Below, one piece after another: positions 7,429 to 17,427 of a stretch of 34,578 nt of DNA (its first letter is position 1; every line of letters starts with the position of its first letter). The stretch covers positions 1 to 34,578 of the forward strand of contig JAZRPU010000073.1 in the NCBI GenBank assembly GCA_045649365.1. Direction: 5' to 3'. Both the position numbers and the translations under genes were made by a program. This DNA comes from Eubacteriales bacterium. GTDB lineage: Bacteria > Bacillota > Clostridia > Oscillospirales > CAG-382. Below the pieces are notes generated by a model. The model worked only from the letters and a program-made list of their open reading frames with translations. It was not told the origin of the DNA and did no database searches.

Positions 7429-7977
7429 TTACCTCAATTCTCTAAACAGGGGTTGTTTTTTATCCTTTTCTGAAAGCAAAACCGTCATATCATCTGTAAT
7501 GGGCCATTCTATTCCAATATCTTCATCATTCCAAAGCAATCCACCCTCATCTCCCGGATGGTAAAAATCAGTACATTTATAACAAAATTCTGCTGTATCT
7601 GATAAAACAAGGAATCCGTGAGCAAAGCCTTCGGGAATATAAAACTGCTTTTTGTTTTCATCGGAAAGTTCAATTCCAAACCATTCTCCATAGGTTTTGC
7701 TTTCCTTGCGCAAATCCACAGCCACATCAAAAACCGTCCCCTTGATAACTCTCACAAGCTTTCCTTGAGGATACTGCTTTTGAAAATGAAGGCCACGCAA
7801 AACTCCCTTTGAGCTCATGCTTTGATTATCCTGAACAAAAACCATGTCAAGACCAGCTTCTTCCATGTCTTTTTGGTTATATGTTTCCATGAAATATCCT
7901 CTGCTATCTCCATGAACAGCAGGCTCGATAATGCAAAGTCCTTCTATATGAGTTTTTGTTACCTTTATTTGTCCCAT
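7429..7977 (-). CDS. rmlC: dTDP-4-dehydrorhamnose 3,5-epimerase
   Basis: GDSRGYFMETY, VQDNQSMS, GVLRGLHFQ, FAHGF. Confidence 0.97.
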   Translation of the reverse strand: MGQIKVTKTHIEGLCIIEPAVHGDSRGYFMETYNQKDMEEAGLDMVFVQDNQSMSSKGVLRGLHFQKQYPQGKLVRVIKGTVFDVAVDLRKESKTYGEWFGIELSDENKKQFYIPEGFAHGFLVLSDTAEFCYKCTDFYHPGDEGGLLWNDEDIGIEWPITDDMTVLLSEKDKKQPLFRELR

Positions 7978-7978
7978 A

Positions 7979-8875
7979 TTATTTTACTCCGATTTCTTCT
8001 AAATATCTGCAAAGTGCATCTTTCCAATGTGGAAGAGGCTTAAAGCCTTGATTTTCTAATTTACTCTTATCAAGTCGGCTGTTGAAAGGTCTTTTTGCCT
8101 TTGAAATTCCGTATTCTTCAGTAGTCACAGGGGTGACAGCGGTTTTCATTCCCGCCTCTTTAAAAATTTCACATGCAAATTCGTACCAGCTTATATATCC
8201 GCCCTCATTCGTAGCGTGATAATAACCGTATTTTTTGCTTTCTCCCATATCCACAAGAAGACGAGCGAGGTCATAGGTATATGTAGGCGTTCCTATCTGG
8301 TCGGAAACAACTCTCAACGAATCGTATTTTTTTCCAAGATTCAACATTGTCTTTATGAAATTCTTTCCGTTTACGCCAAATACCCAAGCAATACGAACAA
8401 TAAAATACTTTTGGAGAATCTCACTGACCGCTTTTTCTCCATCAAGCTTACTTTGACCGTAAACGTTGATAGGAGCATATTCCTTACAATCTGCCTCCCA
8501 TGGGCACACACCATCACCGCTGAAAACGTAATCCGTGGAAATGTATATCATCTTACAATCCGTTTTTTTACACGCCAAAGCAATATTTTCTGTTCCTTCA
8601 ACGTTTATGGAGCGTACTTTTGATATGTTTTCCGAATCTTCAGCCAAATCAACAGCAGTCCATGCGGCACAATGAACTACAACGTCGGGAGAGATTGAGC
8701 TGATAGCTTTTTCCGAATCTTCTTTTTTTGTTATATCCAGCTTCAAATATGGGGCTTCAATTGCAGGGCAATCTTCAAGAATATCCGTTCCGACACATTC
8801 ATGGCCTCTTCTCAAAAGCTCCTTCATAACGTCATATCCAAGCTGTCCGCCAACGCCCGTCACTAAAAACTTCAT
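7979..8875 (-). CDS. rmlD: dTDP-4-dehydrorhamnose reductase
   Basis: VTGVGGQLG, HCAAWTAVD, ISTDYVF, YGQSK, DQIGTPT. Confidence 0.97.
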   Translation of the reverse strand: MKFLVTGVGGQLGYDVMKELLRRGHECVGTDILEDCPAIEAPYLKLDITKKEDSEKAISSISPDVVVHCAAWTAVDLAEDSENISKVRSINVEGTENIALACKKTDCKMIYISTDYVFSGDGVCPWEADCKEYAPINVYGQSKLDGEKAVSEILQKYFIVRIAWVFGVNGKNFIKTMLNLGKKYDSLRVVSDQIGTPTYTYDLARLLVDMGESKKYGYYHATNEGGYISWYEFACEIFKEAGMKTAVTPVTTEEYGISKAKRPFNSRLDKSKLENQGFKPLPHWKDALCRYLEEIGVK

Positions 8876-8884
8876 AATTATCCC

Positions 8885-9904
8885 TCAACGGTTTCCGTAC
8901 ATTTTTTCATAATAATTCTGATATTCACCTGAAATGATATTTTCCCACCAGGAACGGTTATCCAAATACCATTTTATTGTTTTTTTAATTCCATCCTCAA
9001 ATTTTGTTTCAGGCAACCAACCCAATTCATTATGTATTTTTGTTGGGTCTATAGCATATCTCAAATCATGACCTTTTCTGTCTGTAACGTAGGTTATAAG
9101 GCTTTCAGGTTTACATAACTCTTTGCAAATTATCTTTACAATTTCTATATTTTCTTTTTCGTTATGTCCACCAACGTTATAAACTTCGCCCACCTTACCA
9201 CCATGGATAATAAGGTCAATGGCCTTGCAATGGTCTTCAACGTAAAGCCAATCTCTTACGTTCTTTCCTTCCCCGTAAACAGGGAGCGGTTTATCGTTAA
9301 GTGCGTTCGCTATCATCAATGGAATGAGCTTTTCCGGGAAATGGTAAGGCCCATAGTTATTTGAGCAACGACTGATAGTAACAGGCAAACCGTATGTACG
9401 ATGATAAGCAAGAACAAGTAAATCAGCTGAAGCCTTGGATGAAGAATAAGGACTGCTTGTATGAAGGGGCGTTGTTTCTGTAAAAAACAAATCCTTTCTG
9501 TCCAAGGGAAGATCTCCATAAACTTCATCAGTAGAAACCTGATGATAACGGTCAATCCCATATTTTCTGCAAGCGTCAAGCAAAACTGACGTTCCGATTA
9601 TATTTGTTTTTAAAAAGATGTCTGGTTCCTCGATACTTCTGTCAACGTGGCTCTCTGCGGCAAAATTCACTACAACGTTTGGCTTCTCTTCTTCAAACAA
9701 AGAATAAACTGCTTCTCTATCACAGATATCTGCCTTTACAAATCTGAAATTCGGATTTTTCATTACAGCTTCCAAGGTGGAAAGGTTGCCTGCATAAGTA
9801 AGCTTATCCAAACAGATTATACGATAATTAGGATACTTTTTGAGCATGTGGAAAACAAAATTACTTCCAATAAATCCCGCTCCGCCTGTAACGATTATAT
9901 TCAT
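8885..9904 (-). CDS. rmlB: dTDP-glucose 4,6-dehydratase
   Basis: VTGGAGFIGSN, FAAESHVDRS, STDEVYG, YSSSK, FPEKLIP. Confidence 0.98.
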   Translation of the reverse strand: MNIIVTGGAGFIGSNFVFHMLKKYPNYRIICLDKLTYAGNLSTLEAVMKNPNFRFVKADICDREAVYSLFEEEKPNVVVNFAAESHVDRSIEEPDIFLKTNIIGTSVLLDACRKYGIDRYHQVSTDEVYGDLPLDRKDLFFTETTPLHTSSPYSSSKASADLLVLAYHRTYGLPVTISRCSNNYGPYHFPEKLIPLMIANALNDKPLPVYGEGKNVRDWLYVEDHCKAIDLIIHGGKVGEVYNVGGHNEKENIEIVKIICKELCKPESLITYVTDRKGHDLRYAIDPTKIHNELGWLPETKFEDGIKKTIKWYLDNRSWWENIISGEYQNYYEKMYGNR

Positions 9905-9915
9905 AATAACTTCCC

Positions 9916-10806
9916 CTATTTATCTATATATTTTCCATTCAATACGTCCATAAGATATTGTCCGTATTGATTTTTCTTAAGCTCTTCGTAAGCTTTCAAA
10001 ACGTCTTCTCTGCTTATCCACCCATTAAGATAAGCAATCTCTTCAAGACATGCAATCTTTCTATGTTGATGGGTTTCTATGTTTTTCACAAAATTGGTTG
10101 CATCCACAAGGCTTTCGTGTGTTCCTGTATCAAGCCATGTAAAGCCTTGCCCAAGAAGCTCAACATTCAACATTCCTTTTTCAAGGTATATTTTATTTAA
10201 ATCTGTTATTTCAAGTTCATTTCGCTTACTGGGTTTTAATCCCTTGGCGTATTCCACAACCTTATTATCATAAAAGTACAAGCCCGTAACACAATAATTT
10301 GATTTAGGCTTTTCGGGTTTTTCTTCGATGCTTATTGCTTTCCCATTTTTATCAAACTCAACGATTCCGAATCGTTCGGGGTCATCAACATAATACCCGA
10401 AAATAGTTGCTCCTCTGCCAGCTTCGGCTTTTTCAACAGCGTTCAAAAGACGCTTTCGCAAGCCATGTCCCGAAAAGATATTATCGCCCAAAACCATTGC
10501 TACAGTATCGTTACCGATAAATTCTTCACCAATAATAAACGCTTGCGCTAATCCGTCAGGGCTTTTTTGAACTGCATAACTCAAGCTTATGCCAAACTGC
10601 GTTCCATCTCCCAAAAGCTCTTCAAATCTGGGAGTATCTTGAGGAGTTGATATTATCAATATCTCCTTAATTCCCGAGCGCATCAAAACCGACAAAGGAT
10701 AATAAATCATCGGTTTGTCATAAACGGGTAATAGCTGCTTTGAAGTTACTTTTGTAAGTGGATAAAGTCTTGTTCCCGACCCGCCTGCAAGTATTATTCC
10801 TTTCAT
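9916..10806 (-). CDS. rmlA: Glucose-1-phosphate thymidylyltransferase
   Basis: [41 protein letters not shown]. Confidence 0.98.
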   Translation of the reverse strand: MKGIILAGGSGTRLYPLTKVTSKQLLPVYDKPMIYYPLSVLMRSGIKEILIISTPQDTPRFEELLGDGTQFGISLSYAVQKSPDGLAQAFIIGEEFIGNDTVAMVLGDNIFSGHGLRKRLLNAVEKAEAGRGATIFGYYVDDPERFGIVEFDKNGKAISIEEKPEKPKSNYCVTGLYFYDNKVVEYAKGLKPSKRNELEITDLNKIYLEKGMLNVELLGQGFTWLDTGTHESLVDATNFVKNIETHQHRKIACLEEIAYLNGWISREDVLKAYEELKKNQYGQYLMDVLNGKYIDK

Positions 10807-10881
10807 AATTACCCTCGTTTCATTTTTTGAATTTATATAATTTTTATTTTTTATAAAAATTATTTCTTTTCGACTAATAAC

Positions 10882-10910
10882 ATATTACAGCAAAAGTCAA
10901 AAAAAGTCAA
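10882..10910 (-). promoter_or_regulatory. Sigma-A-like promoter for the rml operon
   Basis: TTGACT-17bp-TAATAT. Confidence 0.5.
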
Positions 10911-10976
10911 TAGAATATTGATATTTTAAGACTAAAACAGCAAAATGTGATATACAAACATTAAATATAACAAAAC

Positions 10977-11010
10977 GCTGTCAACAGCTATGTCTTAAGC
11001 TATTGACAGC
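10977..11010 (-). terminator. Terminator after the acyltransferase gene
   Basis: GCTGTCAACAGCT...AGCTATTGACAGC hairpin followed by TTTT on the minus strand. Confidence 0.65.
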
Positions 11011-11017
11011 ATTTTAT

Positions 11018-12052
11018 TTATACAACGTATTTTTTCAAAACGGGAATATGATTGAATATTACAGAAACAATTAACGAAGCAATTATTGTTATTGCGGTAG
11101 CAATCAACAGAGCAACAGGAGGAAAATCTCCAAGCGTTTTCGAAATCCAAGGATGTATCATTGTTATTATTAAATCATGCACTAAATACATTCCAAAACT
11201 GTATTTCGAAATAGCAAGAATTATTTTTTTCCATTTTTGAGAAAAATTCACTTTGGAAATATAGTTTTTAGCAACAAGGAAAACTCCAACACATTCCAAT
11301 GTAACAGGAAGGAAAAAATGGCTGTAATAAAAGGGGGCGTTTTCGTTATTTTTGGTCAGCACCGTAATCACTATAGAACAAATACAACCCAAAGCTCCGC
11401 AAATAATCAAAGCAATATTTATTTTCTTTCCCAAATCAAACTTGCTTAAATAGTAGCCAAGCACAAAGAAAAAGGCGTAGTCAGCAAAAAAATTCAATCC
11501 TATTTCGTTAAAAACGTAACCCGAAACACCAGGAGCAATATTTCCCAAAGGTGACATGTTAAACGTAAAAACGCCTATTCCAAAAATTACTCCTAATACG
11601 AGAAAATATTCTGTTAATTTTTTATCCGCCGTAATCTTTCTGAGAAGCGGAGTTATCATATATAGTCCCACTATCATAAGCAAAAACCACATGTGATATC
11701 TTCCCATGATAACGCCTTCTAAAAAGAATATAGGTGTAGAATAATTATAAACAGCATAAACCACAGCCCAGAAAACAAAAGCGGTAACTATTCTCAAAAT
11801 ATTTTTTCCATACAGCTTTTTCATAGAAAGTTCTCTTGAATTATCAAGGAACAACGAGCCGCTTATCATAACGAATATAGGAACACTCCATCTCGTAATA
11901 CCCGAGCATATTAAAGAAAAATCTTCAGACCACGGTATAGCGGGATTTTCAGCAACACCAAGTTGATGAAAAAATATAACCGCCAACGTTGCTCCTATTC
12001 TTAATATATCAAGATACAACGTTCTTTTTCCTGTATTTATGTTGTTTCCCAT
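11018..12052 (-). CDS. Acyltransferase family 3 membrane O-acyltransferase
   Basis: YLDILR...VIFFH, VPIFVMISG, HMWFL, SFGMYLVH; about 10 TM helices. Confidence 0.88.
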   Translation of the reverse strand: MGNNINTGKRTLYLDILRIGATLAVIFFHQLGVAENPAIPWSEDFSLICSGITRWSVPIFVMISGSLFLDNSRELSMKKLYGKNILRIVTAFVFWAVVYAVYNYSTPIFFLEGVIMGRYHMWFLLMIVGLYMITPLLRKITADKKLTEYFLVLGVIFGIGVFTFNMSPLGNIAPGVSGYVFNEIGLNFFADYAFFFVLGYYLSKFDLGKKINIALIICGALGCICSIVITVLTKNNENAPFYYSHFFLPVTLECVGVFLVAKNYISKVNFSQKWKKIILAISKYSFGMYLVHDLIITMIHPWISKTLGDFPPVALLIATAITIIASLIVSVIFNHIPVLKKYVV

Positions 12053-12059
12053 ATCTCAA

Positions 12060-13346
12060 TTACTTCTTTTCTATTTTTTCCATGCCTCCCATATATGGGC
12101 GGAGGGCAACAGGAATATTAACGCTTCCGTCAGCGTTAAGATTGTTTTCCAAGAATGCAATAAGCATACGAGGAGGTGCAACAACGGTATTGTTGAGGGT
12201 ATGAGCAAAGTATTTTGTTTTATCTGCTCCCGCAACGCGGATTTTAAGACGTCTTGCTTGAGCATCGCCAAGGTTGGAGCAACTTCCGACTTCAAAATAT
12301 TTTTTCTGTCTGGGGGACCATGCTTCAACGTCGATGGATTTTACTTTCAAATCAGCCAAATCACCTGAACAGCATTCAAGAGTACGAACGGGAACGTCGA
12401 GAGAGCGGAAAAGCTCAACGGTGTAGCTCCACATTTTATCAAACCATTCCATACTGTCTTCTGGTTTACAAACAACTATCATTTCCTGCTTTTCAAATTG
12501 GTGAATACGATAAACGCCTCTTTCCTCGATACCGTGAGCACCTTTTTCTTTACGGAAGCAAGGAGAATAGCTTGTAAGAGTTTGAGGAAGCTTATCTTCG
12601 GGAATGATAGTATCAATAAATTTACCTATCATGGAATGTTCACTTGTTCCGATAAGATAAAGGTCCTCGCCTTCGATTTTATACATCATGGAATCCATTT
12701 CTGCAAAGCTCATAACGCCCGTAACAACGTTTGAACGAATCATAAAGGGAGGAATGCAGTAGGTAAAGCCCTTATTAATCATGAAATCTCTTGCATAAGC
12801 CGTCATTGCAGAATGAAGTCTTGCTATATCACCCATAAGATAATAGAAACCGTTTCCTGCAACTCTTCCTGCGCTGTCAAGGTCGATTCCGTCAAAGGAT
12901 TCCATTATTTCCGTGTGATAAGGAACGTCAAAATCGGGAACAACAGGGTCACCGTAACGTTTAACTTCCACGTTTTCGCTATCGTCTTTTCCGATAGGAA
13001 CGCTATCATCTATAATGTTGGGGATAGTCATCATTATAGTTTTTACTTTTTCTTCCAATTCAGCTTCTTTAGCTTCAAGTTCAGCAAGACGGTCTGATTT
13101 TTCGGTGACTTTTTTCTTTGCTTCTTCAGCTTCAGCCTTCATGCCTTTAGCCATCAATCCGCCAATTTCTTTTGAAATTTTATTTCTTTCTGCGCGAAGT
13201 GAATCTGCCTCTAATTTAACAGCTCTTGATTCTTTATCAAGCTCTAAAACTTCGTCAACCAAAGGAAGCTTTGAATCCTGAAATTTCTTTTTGATGTTTT
13301 CTTTTACTAATTCTGGGTTTTCTCTTACAAGTCTGATATCAAGCAT
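12060..13346 (-). CDS. serS: Serine--tRNA ligase
   Basis: N-terminal coiled coil, LIGTSEH, FRKEKGAHG, RIHQFEKQE, HTLNNT. Confidence 0.97.
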   Translation of the reverse strand: MLDIRLVRENPELVKENIKKKFQDSKLPLVDEVLELDKESRAVKLEADSLRAERNKISKEIGGLMAKGMKAEAEEAKKKVTEKSDRLAELEAKEAELEEKVKTIMMTIPNIIDDSVPIGKDDSENVEVKRYGDPVVPDFDVPYHTEIMESFDGIDLDSAGRVAGNGFYYLMGDIARLHSAMTAYARDFMINKGFTYCIPPFMIRSNVVTGVMSFAEMDSMMYKIEGEDLYLIGTSEHSMIGKFIDTIIPEDKLPQTLTSYSPCFRKEKGAHGIEERGVYRIHQFEKQEMIVVCKPEDSMEWFDKMWSYTVELFRSLDVPVRTLECCSGDLADLKVKSIDVEAWSPRQKKYFEVGSCSNLGDAQARRLKIRVAGADKTKYFAHTLNNTVVAPPRMLIAFLENNLNADGSVNIPVALRPYMGGMEKIEKK

Positions 13347-13382
13347 TTTTGCATCTCCTGTTTTATTCTATATGTTATTAGT

Positions 13383-14393
13383 TTATTTATTATTTGATTT
13401 TTTATCTTCCGCTAAACTTAGTGCGTAAACCGCAATAAAACCAACTATGGCAAGAAGTCCGCAAGCTATCCAAACAGCCACGGTCAATTCATCTTTCATT
13501 ATAAATCCGTTTTCCGAAAGTTGAGTTGCAGTTCTGACGATTTCCATTCCGCCTTTTTCAGATTCAAATTTAGCTACTTCGCCTAAAATATTTTTATAGC
13601 AATTGCCAACAGAATCCGTTGCTGAAGAAGAAATAATTCTTCCCAAAGCGTCTTTGATAAGTCCGCCCACAGAGCCGATTACAAATCCCATTACTGCAAG
13701 GTATGTCTGACGTTTGCATTTTTTCATAAGAACTTCCATTCCTCCCGACGTGCAAACAACACCGAGAACAAGTCCGATTCCAAAGGGAATCAAAGGTATT
13801 ATATCCAGCTTTGAAGCAGAATCATAAACAAAAGTATATAATCCCATTGTAAGAAGCATTTGCGAAACGCTGATTCCGGGGAGAACCAAAGCGGCAGCGG
13901 CAATAACACCGCCAAGTATCTTTACAAAGGTACTTCCGCCTGTAAACAGCCCTTCGGGAAGGAACATCAGTCCTATAACAGCGGCAATTCCCACCGCTAT
14001 CCACACAAAATCTGAAAAACGGACTTTTGTTGCTTCGGCAGCCTTGAAGATAAGAGGGATTCCTCCCGCCACCGTTCCCACGAAAAAGAAGCTCATTTGT
14101 ATTCCAAAGGTAAGCATTAGAAAGCTTATAAGCTTATATAAAGTAAAAAGTCCGATTATTGCACCCCCACCCGCTTCAAGTAGGAAAAGGAAGTTTTCCA
14201 ATTTATCTATCTTTTTGTCTTTGTTTGGCTTAAAAAGGGAATTGAGCGAAAAAATCATTTTATCATAGATTCCCAAAATCATTGCCATCGAGCCACCGCT
14301 TACGCCCGGAACGGAAAGCGACCCGCCTATCCAAAGACCTTTTAAAACTGTAATTATTCTTTCTTTTAAAGATGCTTTAGTGTTTGAAGCCAA
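13383..14393 (-). CDS. DUF368 membrane protein (putative undecaprenyl-phosphate translocase family)
   Basis: Twin re-entrant motifs VPGVSGGSMAMILGIY and LPGISVSQMLLTMGLY; TTG start after GGGAGG. Confidence 0.85.
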   Translation of the reverse strand: MASNTKASLKERIITVLKGLWIGGSLSVPGVSGGSMAMILGIYDKMIFSLNSLFKPNKDKKIDKLENFLFLLEAGGGAIIGLFTLYKLISFLMLTFGIQMSFFFVGTVAGGIPLIFKAAEATKVRFSDFVWIAVGIAAVIGLMFLPEGLFTGGSTFVKILGGVIAAAALVLPGISVSQMLLTMGLYTFVYDSASKLDIIPLIPFGIGLVLGVVCTSGGMEVLMKKCKRQTYLAVMGFVIGSVGGLIKDALGRIISSSATDSVGNCYKNILGEVAKFESEKGGMEIVRTATQLSENGFIMKDELTVAVWIACGLLAIVGFIAVYALSLAEDKKSNNK

Positions 14394-14410
14394 AATAATA
14401 CCTCCCAGCT

Positions 14411-14986
14411 CTAAATATATTCAATAACACCACACTCTGCAAGCATTTTATAAAGAGTGGAAACGGGGAGTCCAACCACGTTAAAATAATCACCCTTTAT
14501 TCCGCTGACAAAAACAGAGCCAAAATCCTGAATTCCATACGCTCCTGCCTTATCTAAAGGAGAAGCACTTTTTATATAATGTAATATTTCTTTATCGAAA
14601 AGCTCTCTGAAGGTGACTTCCGTTTCAACAACCGCAGAAAGCTCACTTTCATCAGTTATAACAGAAATTCCCGTATAGACACTATGTGTTTTTCCCGAAA
14701 GCTCTTTAAGGAAGGAAAAAGCCTCTTCCTCGTTTTTTGGTTTTCCAAAGCCTTTTCCGTTAAGATAAACCGCTGTATCCGCGCCGATTACAGCATATCC
14801 CTCTTTTTTCAAGCATCTTGCCTTTTGAGTGGCGTTAAAAACCACAACTTCTTTTCCGCACCCGTCCTTAAGGCTCATTTCTTCAACCGACGGTGACGCG
14901 CATTCGTAGTCAATACCGATAGTTCCCAAAAGCTCTCTTCTTCTTGGAGAAGCAGAAGCAAGAATAACCTTTTTCGTTTGTATCAT
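14411..14986 (-). CDS. maf: Maf family nucleotide pyrophosphatase
   Basis: ILASASPRRRELL, IGADT, GKP, DKAGAYGIQ, NVVGLP. Confidence 0.95.
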   Translation of the reverse strand: MIQTKKVILASASPRRRELLGTIGIDYECASPSVEEMSLKDGCGKEVVVFNATQKARCLKKEGYAVIGADTAVYLNGKGFGKPKNEEEAFSFLKELSGKTHSVYTGISVITDESELSAVVETEVTFRELFDKEILHYIKSASPLDKAGAYGIQDFGSVFVSGIKGDYFNVVGLPVSTLYKMLAECGVIEYI

Positions 14987-14987
14987 A

Positions 14988-15662
14988 TTATTCTATTTCC
15001 CAATTTATTTCTTCAATTCCGTGCTTTTTCAAAAAGCTGTTCGCCAATGAAAAATGCTTACATCCAAAAAATCCGTTATATGCAGAAAGAGGGCTGGGAT
15101 GAGCTGCTGTCAAAATCAAATGACGATTCCCGTCAAGCAAAGATGCCTTGCTTTTTGCAAAGCTCCCCCAAAGCATAAAAACCATTGGTTGTTCTCTCTG
15201 ATTGAGAAGCGAAATAACTTTATCTGTAAAGATTTCCCAACCCATTCCTCTATGGCTTGTTGGCATTCCCTCTCTCACAGTCAAAACCGTGTTAAGCAAC
15301 AGAACTCCATTTTTTGCCCAAGAAGTCAGTTCTCCATGAGGTGGCACGGATATGCCTATATCCGATTTCAATTCCTTAAAAATATTGACCAAAGACGGCG
15401 GCGGAGCTGTTCCCTTTTGCACAGAGAAACAAAGCCCGTGAGCCTGACCCGCACCATGATAAGGGTCCTGACCGAGAATAACCGCTTTAACGTTATTATA
15501 GTCGGTATATTTAAGAGCGTTGAAAATATTGTTCATTTCGGGAAAAATTCTATGCTTTCCGCCTAAATATTCTTCCTTCAAAAATTTTCTCAACTTGAAA
15601 TAATAGTCCTTATTAAATTCATCTTTAAGAATATCATCCCAAGAATTGCCCAAATTCACCAT
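14988..15662 (-). CDS. ung: Uracil-DNA glycosylase
   Basis: GQDPYHG, GLCFSV, PPSLVNI, LLLNTVLTV, HPSPLS; ATG 15662 after AAGGAG. Confidence 0.97.
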   Translation of the reverse strand: MVNLGNSWDDILKDEFNKDYYFKLRKFLKEEYLGGKHRIFPEMNNIFNALKYTDYNNVKAVILGQDPYHGAGQAHGLCFSVQKGTAPPPSLVNIFKELKSDIGISVPPHGELTSWAKNGVLLLNTVLTVREGMPTSHRGMGWEIFTDKVISLLNQREQPMVFMLWGSFAKSKASLLDGNRHLILTAAHPSPLSAYNGFFGCKHFSLANSFLKKHGIEEINWEIE

Positions 15663-15732
15663 ATTACCAACTCCTTCCTCATATATTAACACAATGGGCG
15701 GAAAAAATCAATACTTGATTTAATAAAATCTA

Positions 15733-15761
15733 TTGAAAATCCCCGCTCTATGTGGTACAAT
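15733..15761 (+). promoter_or_regulatory. Sigma-A promoter for the surface protein gene
   Basis: TTGAAA-17bp-TACAAT with TG extension. Confidence 0.6.
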
Positions 15762-15803
15762 GCGAAAAAGGTGAATTAAATAAAAAACTGTTTGGAAAGA
15801 ATT

Positions 15804-17318
15804 ATGAAAAAAACAATATTATTTTTGATGATTTTTGTTTTTCCGTTTTTATGCAAATCTTTCTCCGCGTCAGCAAAAGAAGCCTCTGTTCCTTTTTCCA
15901 TGGAAGACGTTTCTGTTGATTTCTCATCAGAGGGATATATGCCTTCAGCAAAATGCGAAAATGAGGAAATAGCTTCTCTTATTTCTTACTTTGCCATTGA
16001 TACAAAAACCTCATCTCCCGTTCAGTTACCACTTACCGCTCCAGGAACGTATCAGGTTTTTGCTGTTTTTTCGGGGAATGAAAGCTATGAGAAGGCTGAA
16101 GCCGCTTCATTTGTTACCATAAATCCTATAGAAGCAAAAATTATTACAAACTACAGAACTGTAGCTTATTCCCGCATGGAAAACCCAATTAAATATTCCG
16201 TTGAGCCAAAATGGGCAGAAGAGTTTCTGGACATATCCATTGACTATTTTCCCATAGAATCCCTTGACTCCTATTCAGAAGAAAAGATTGATGTCCCCGT
16301 TAACATCGGAATGTATTACACGGTGTTCAACGTTAAATCGAAAACTGACGGCATTTCTTGCGAAAACAAATATATGATTTATGAAATCGCCGCGTACAGA
16401 GGAAAAAAGCTATCTTCAAAAGAAAGAGCCGCGTCTGTACAAAGTACATTTAAATGTACCTTTCAGAATCTGAACACTACTTATGAAGAAAACAAGCCCG
16501 TTTCTGTTCAATATACCCTTTCCCCTGCGGCAATATCAGGCGAAGTTTTATACAAAAAAGTTCACAGCGACGGTACTCATTCCGCATATACTTCTGAAAT
16601 TCCCATTCAACCGGGAGAATATATTTGCGGATATTTTTTAGGAAGCACATGCATCGGAGAAGGCAAAATCTTCATTGATAAACAAGAGGTTTTTATAACC
16701 ATTGAAGATGAAACAAGAGAATTTGTTTCAAGCGGAATTGTCCCTACAGCCCAATGTGAGAATAAAAACGTTAAAATTGCTTTTACCGCTTTTGCTCTTG
16801 ATGAAAACGGAAACGTTACAATGGAAGAAGTTTCCGTTCCCATAAAAAAATGCGGAAAATATTCTATTATCGCTTATCCCGAAAACACAGAATTTTTCAA
16901 AAGAACATACTCCTACGCATACGTTGAAATTGTTCCTGCCACGCCGAAAATCACAGTTACGGAAACGGAATTTATTTATGACGGAAAGCCAAAAAACATT
17001 GGTTTTTATGTTTTTCCCGGAGATGCATATTGCACCGTGGAATATTATAAATGGGAAGAAAAAGAAAGCGGGATTCCTTTGGGAACGTCACCAAAGGGCG
17101 AGGGAAAATATCTTGCGGTTATTACCTCAAGCGACAAAGACGGGAATTACAATACCGTATCAAAATCTGCCATAATGTATATTCAAAAAAGCAATGAAAA
17201 AAACAGTTTTTCCAAAGGCGAAATAATCCTTTTGTCTTTATTAAGCGCACTTTTGGCAGGAGCTTTAACAACGGGAGCTATTTTTTCCATCAAGGCTTTG
17301 AAAAAGAAAAAAGGATAA
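15804..17318 (+). CDS. Surface protein with repeated MBG/Ig-like stalk modules and a C-terminal membrane anchor
   Basis: Signal peptide; five P-x-x-x-G-x-Y-like motifs (APGTY, PVNIGMY, PIQPGEY, PIKKCGKY, PKGEGKY); YDGKPK; C-terminal TM helix plus KKKKG. Confidence 0.6.
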   Translation: MKKTILFLMIFVFPFLCKSFSASAKEASVPFSMEDVSVDFSSEGYMPSAKCENEEIASLISYFAIDTKTSSPVQLPLTAPGTYQVFAVFSGNESYEKAEAASFVTINPIEAKIITNYRTVAYSRMENPIKYSVEPKWAEEFLDISIDYFPIESLDSYSEEKIDVPVNIGMYYTVFNVKSKTDGISCENKYMIYEIAAYRGKKLSSKERAASVQSTFKCTFQNLNTTYEENKPVSVQYTLSPAAISGEVLYKKVHSDGTHSAYTSEIPIQPGEYICGYFLGSTCIGEGKIFIDKQEVFITIEDETREFVSSGIVPTAQCENKNVKIAFTAFALDENGNVTMEEVSVPIKKCGKYSIIAYPENTEFFKRTYSYAYVEIVPATPKITVTETEFIYDGKPKNIGFYVFPGDAYCTVEYYKWEEKESGIPLGTSPKGEGKYLAVITSSDKDGNYNTVSKSAIMYIQKSNEKNSFSKGEIILLSLLSALLAGALTTGAIFSIKALKKKKG

Positions 17319-17376
17319 AATAAATATACGATAAATAAAGCAAATACATTCATCAATACTTCATTTACATCAAAAA

Positions 17377-17405
17377 AAGGCTATGCGAAAATTTCGCATA
17401 GCCTT
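17377..17405. terminator. Bidirectional terminator between convergent genes
   Basis: AAGGCTATGCGAAA-A-TTTCGCATAGCCTT perfect inverted repeat. Confidence 0.8.
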
Positions 17406-17427
17406 AATTCATTTTAAAAAACGCTTA

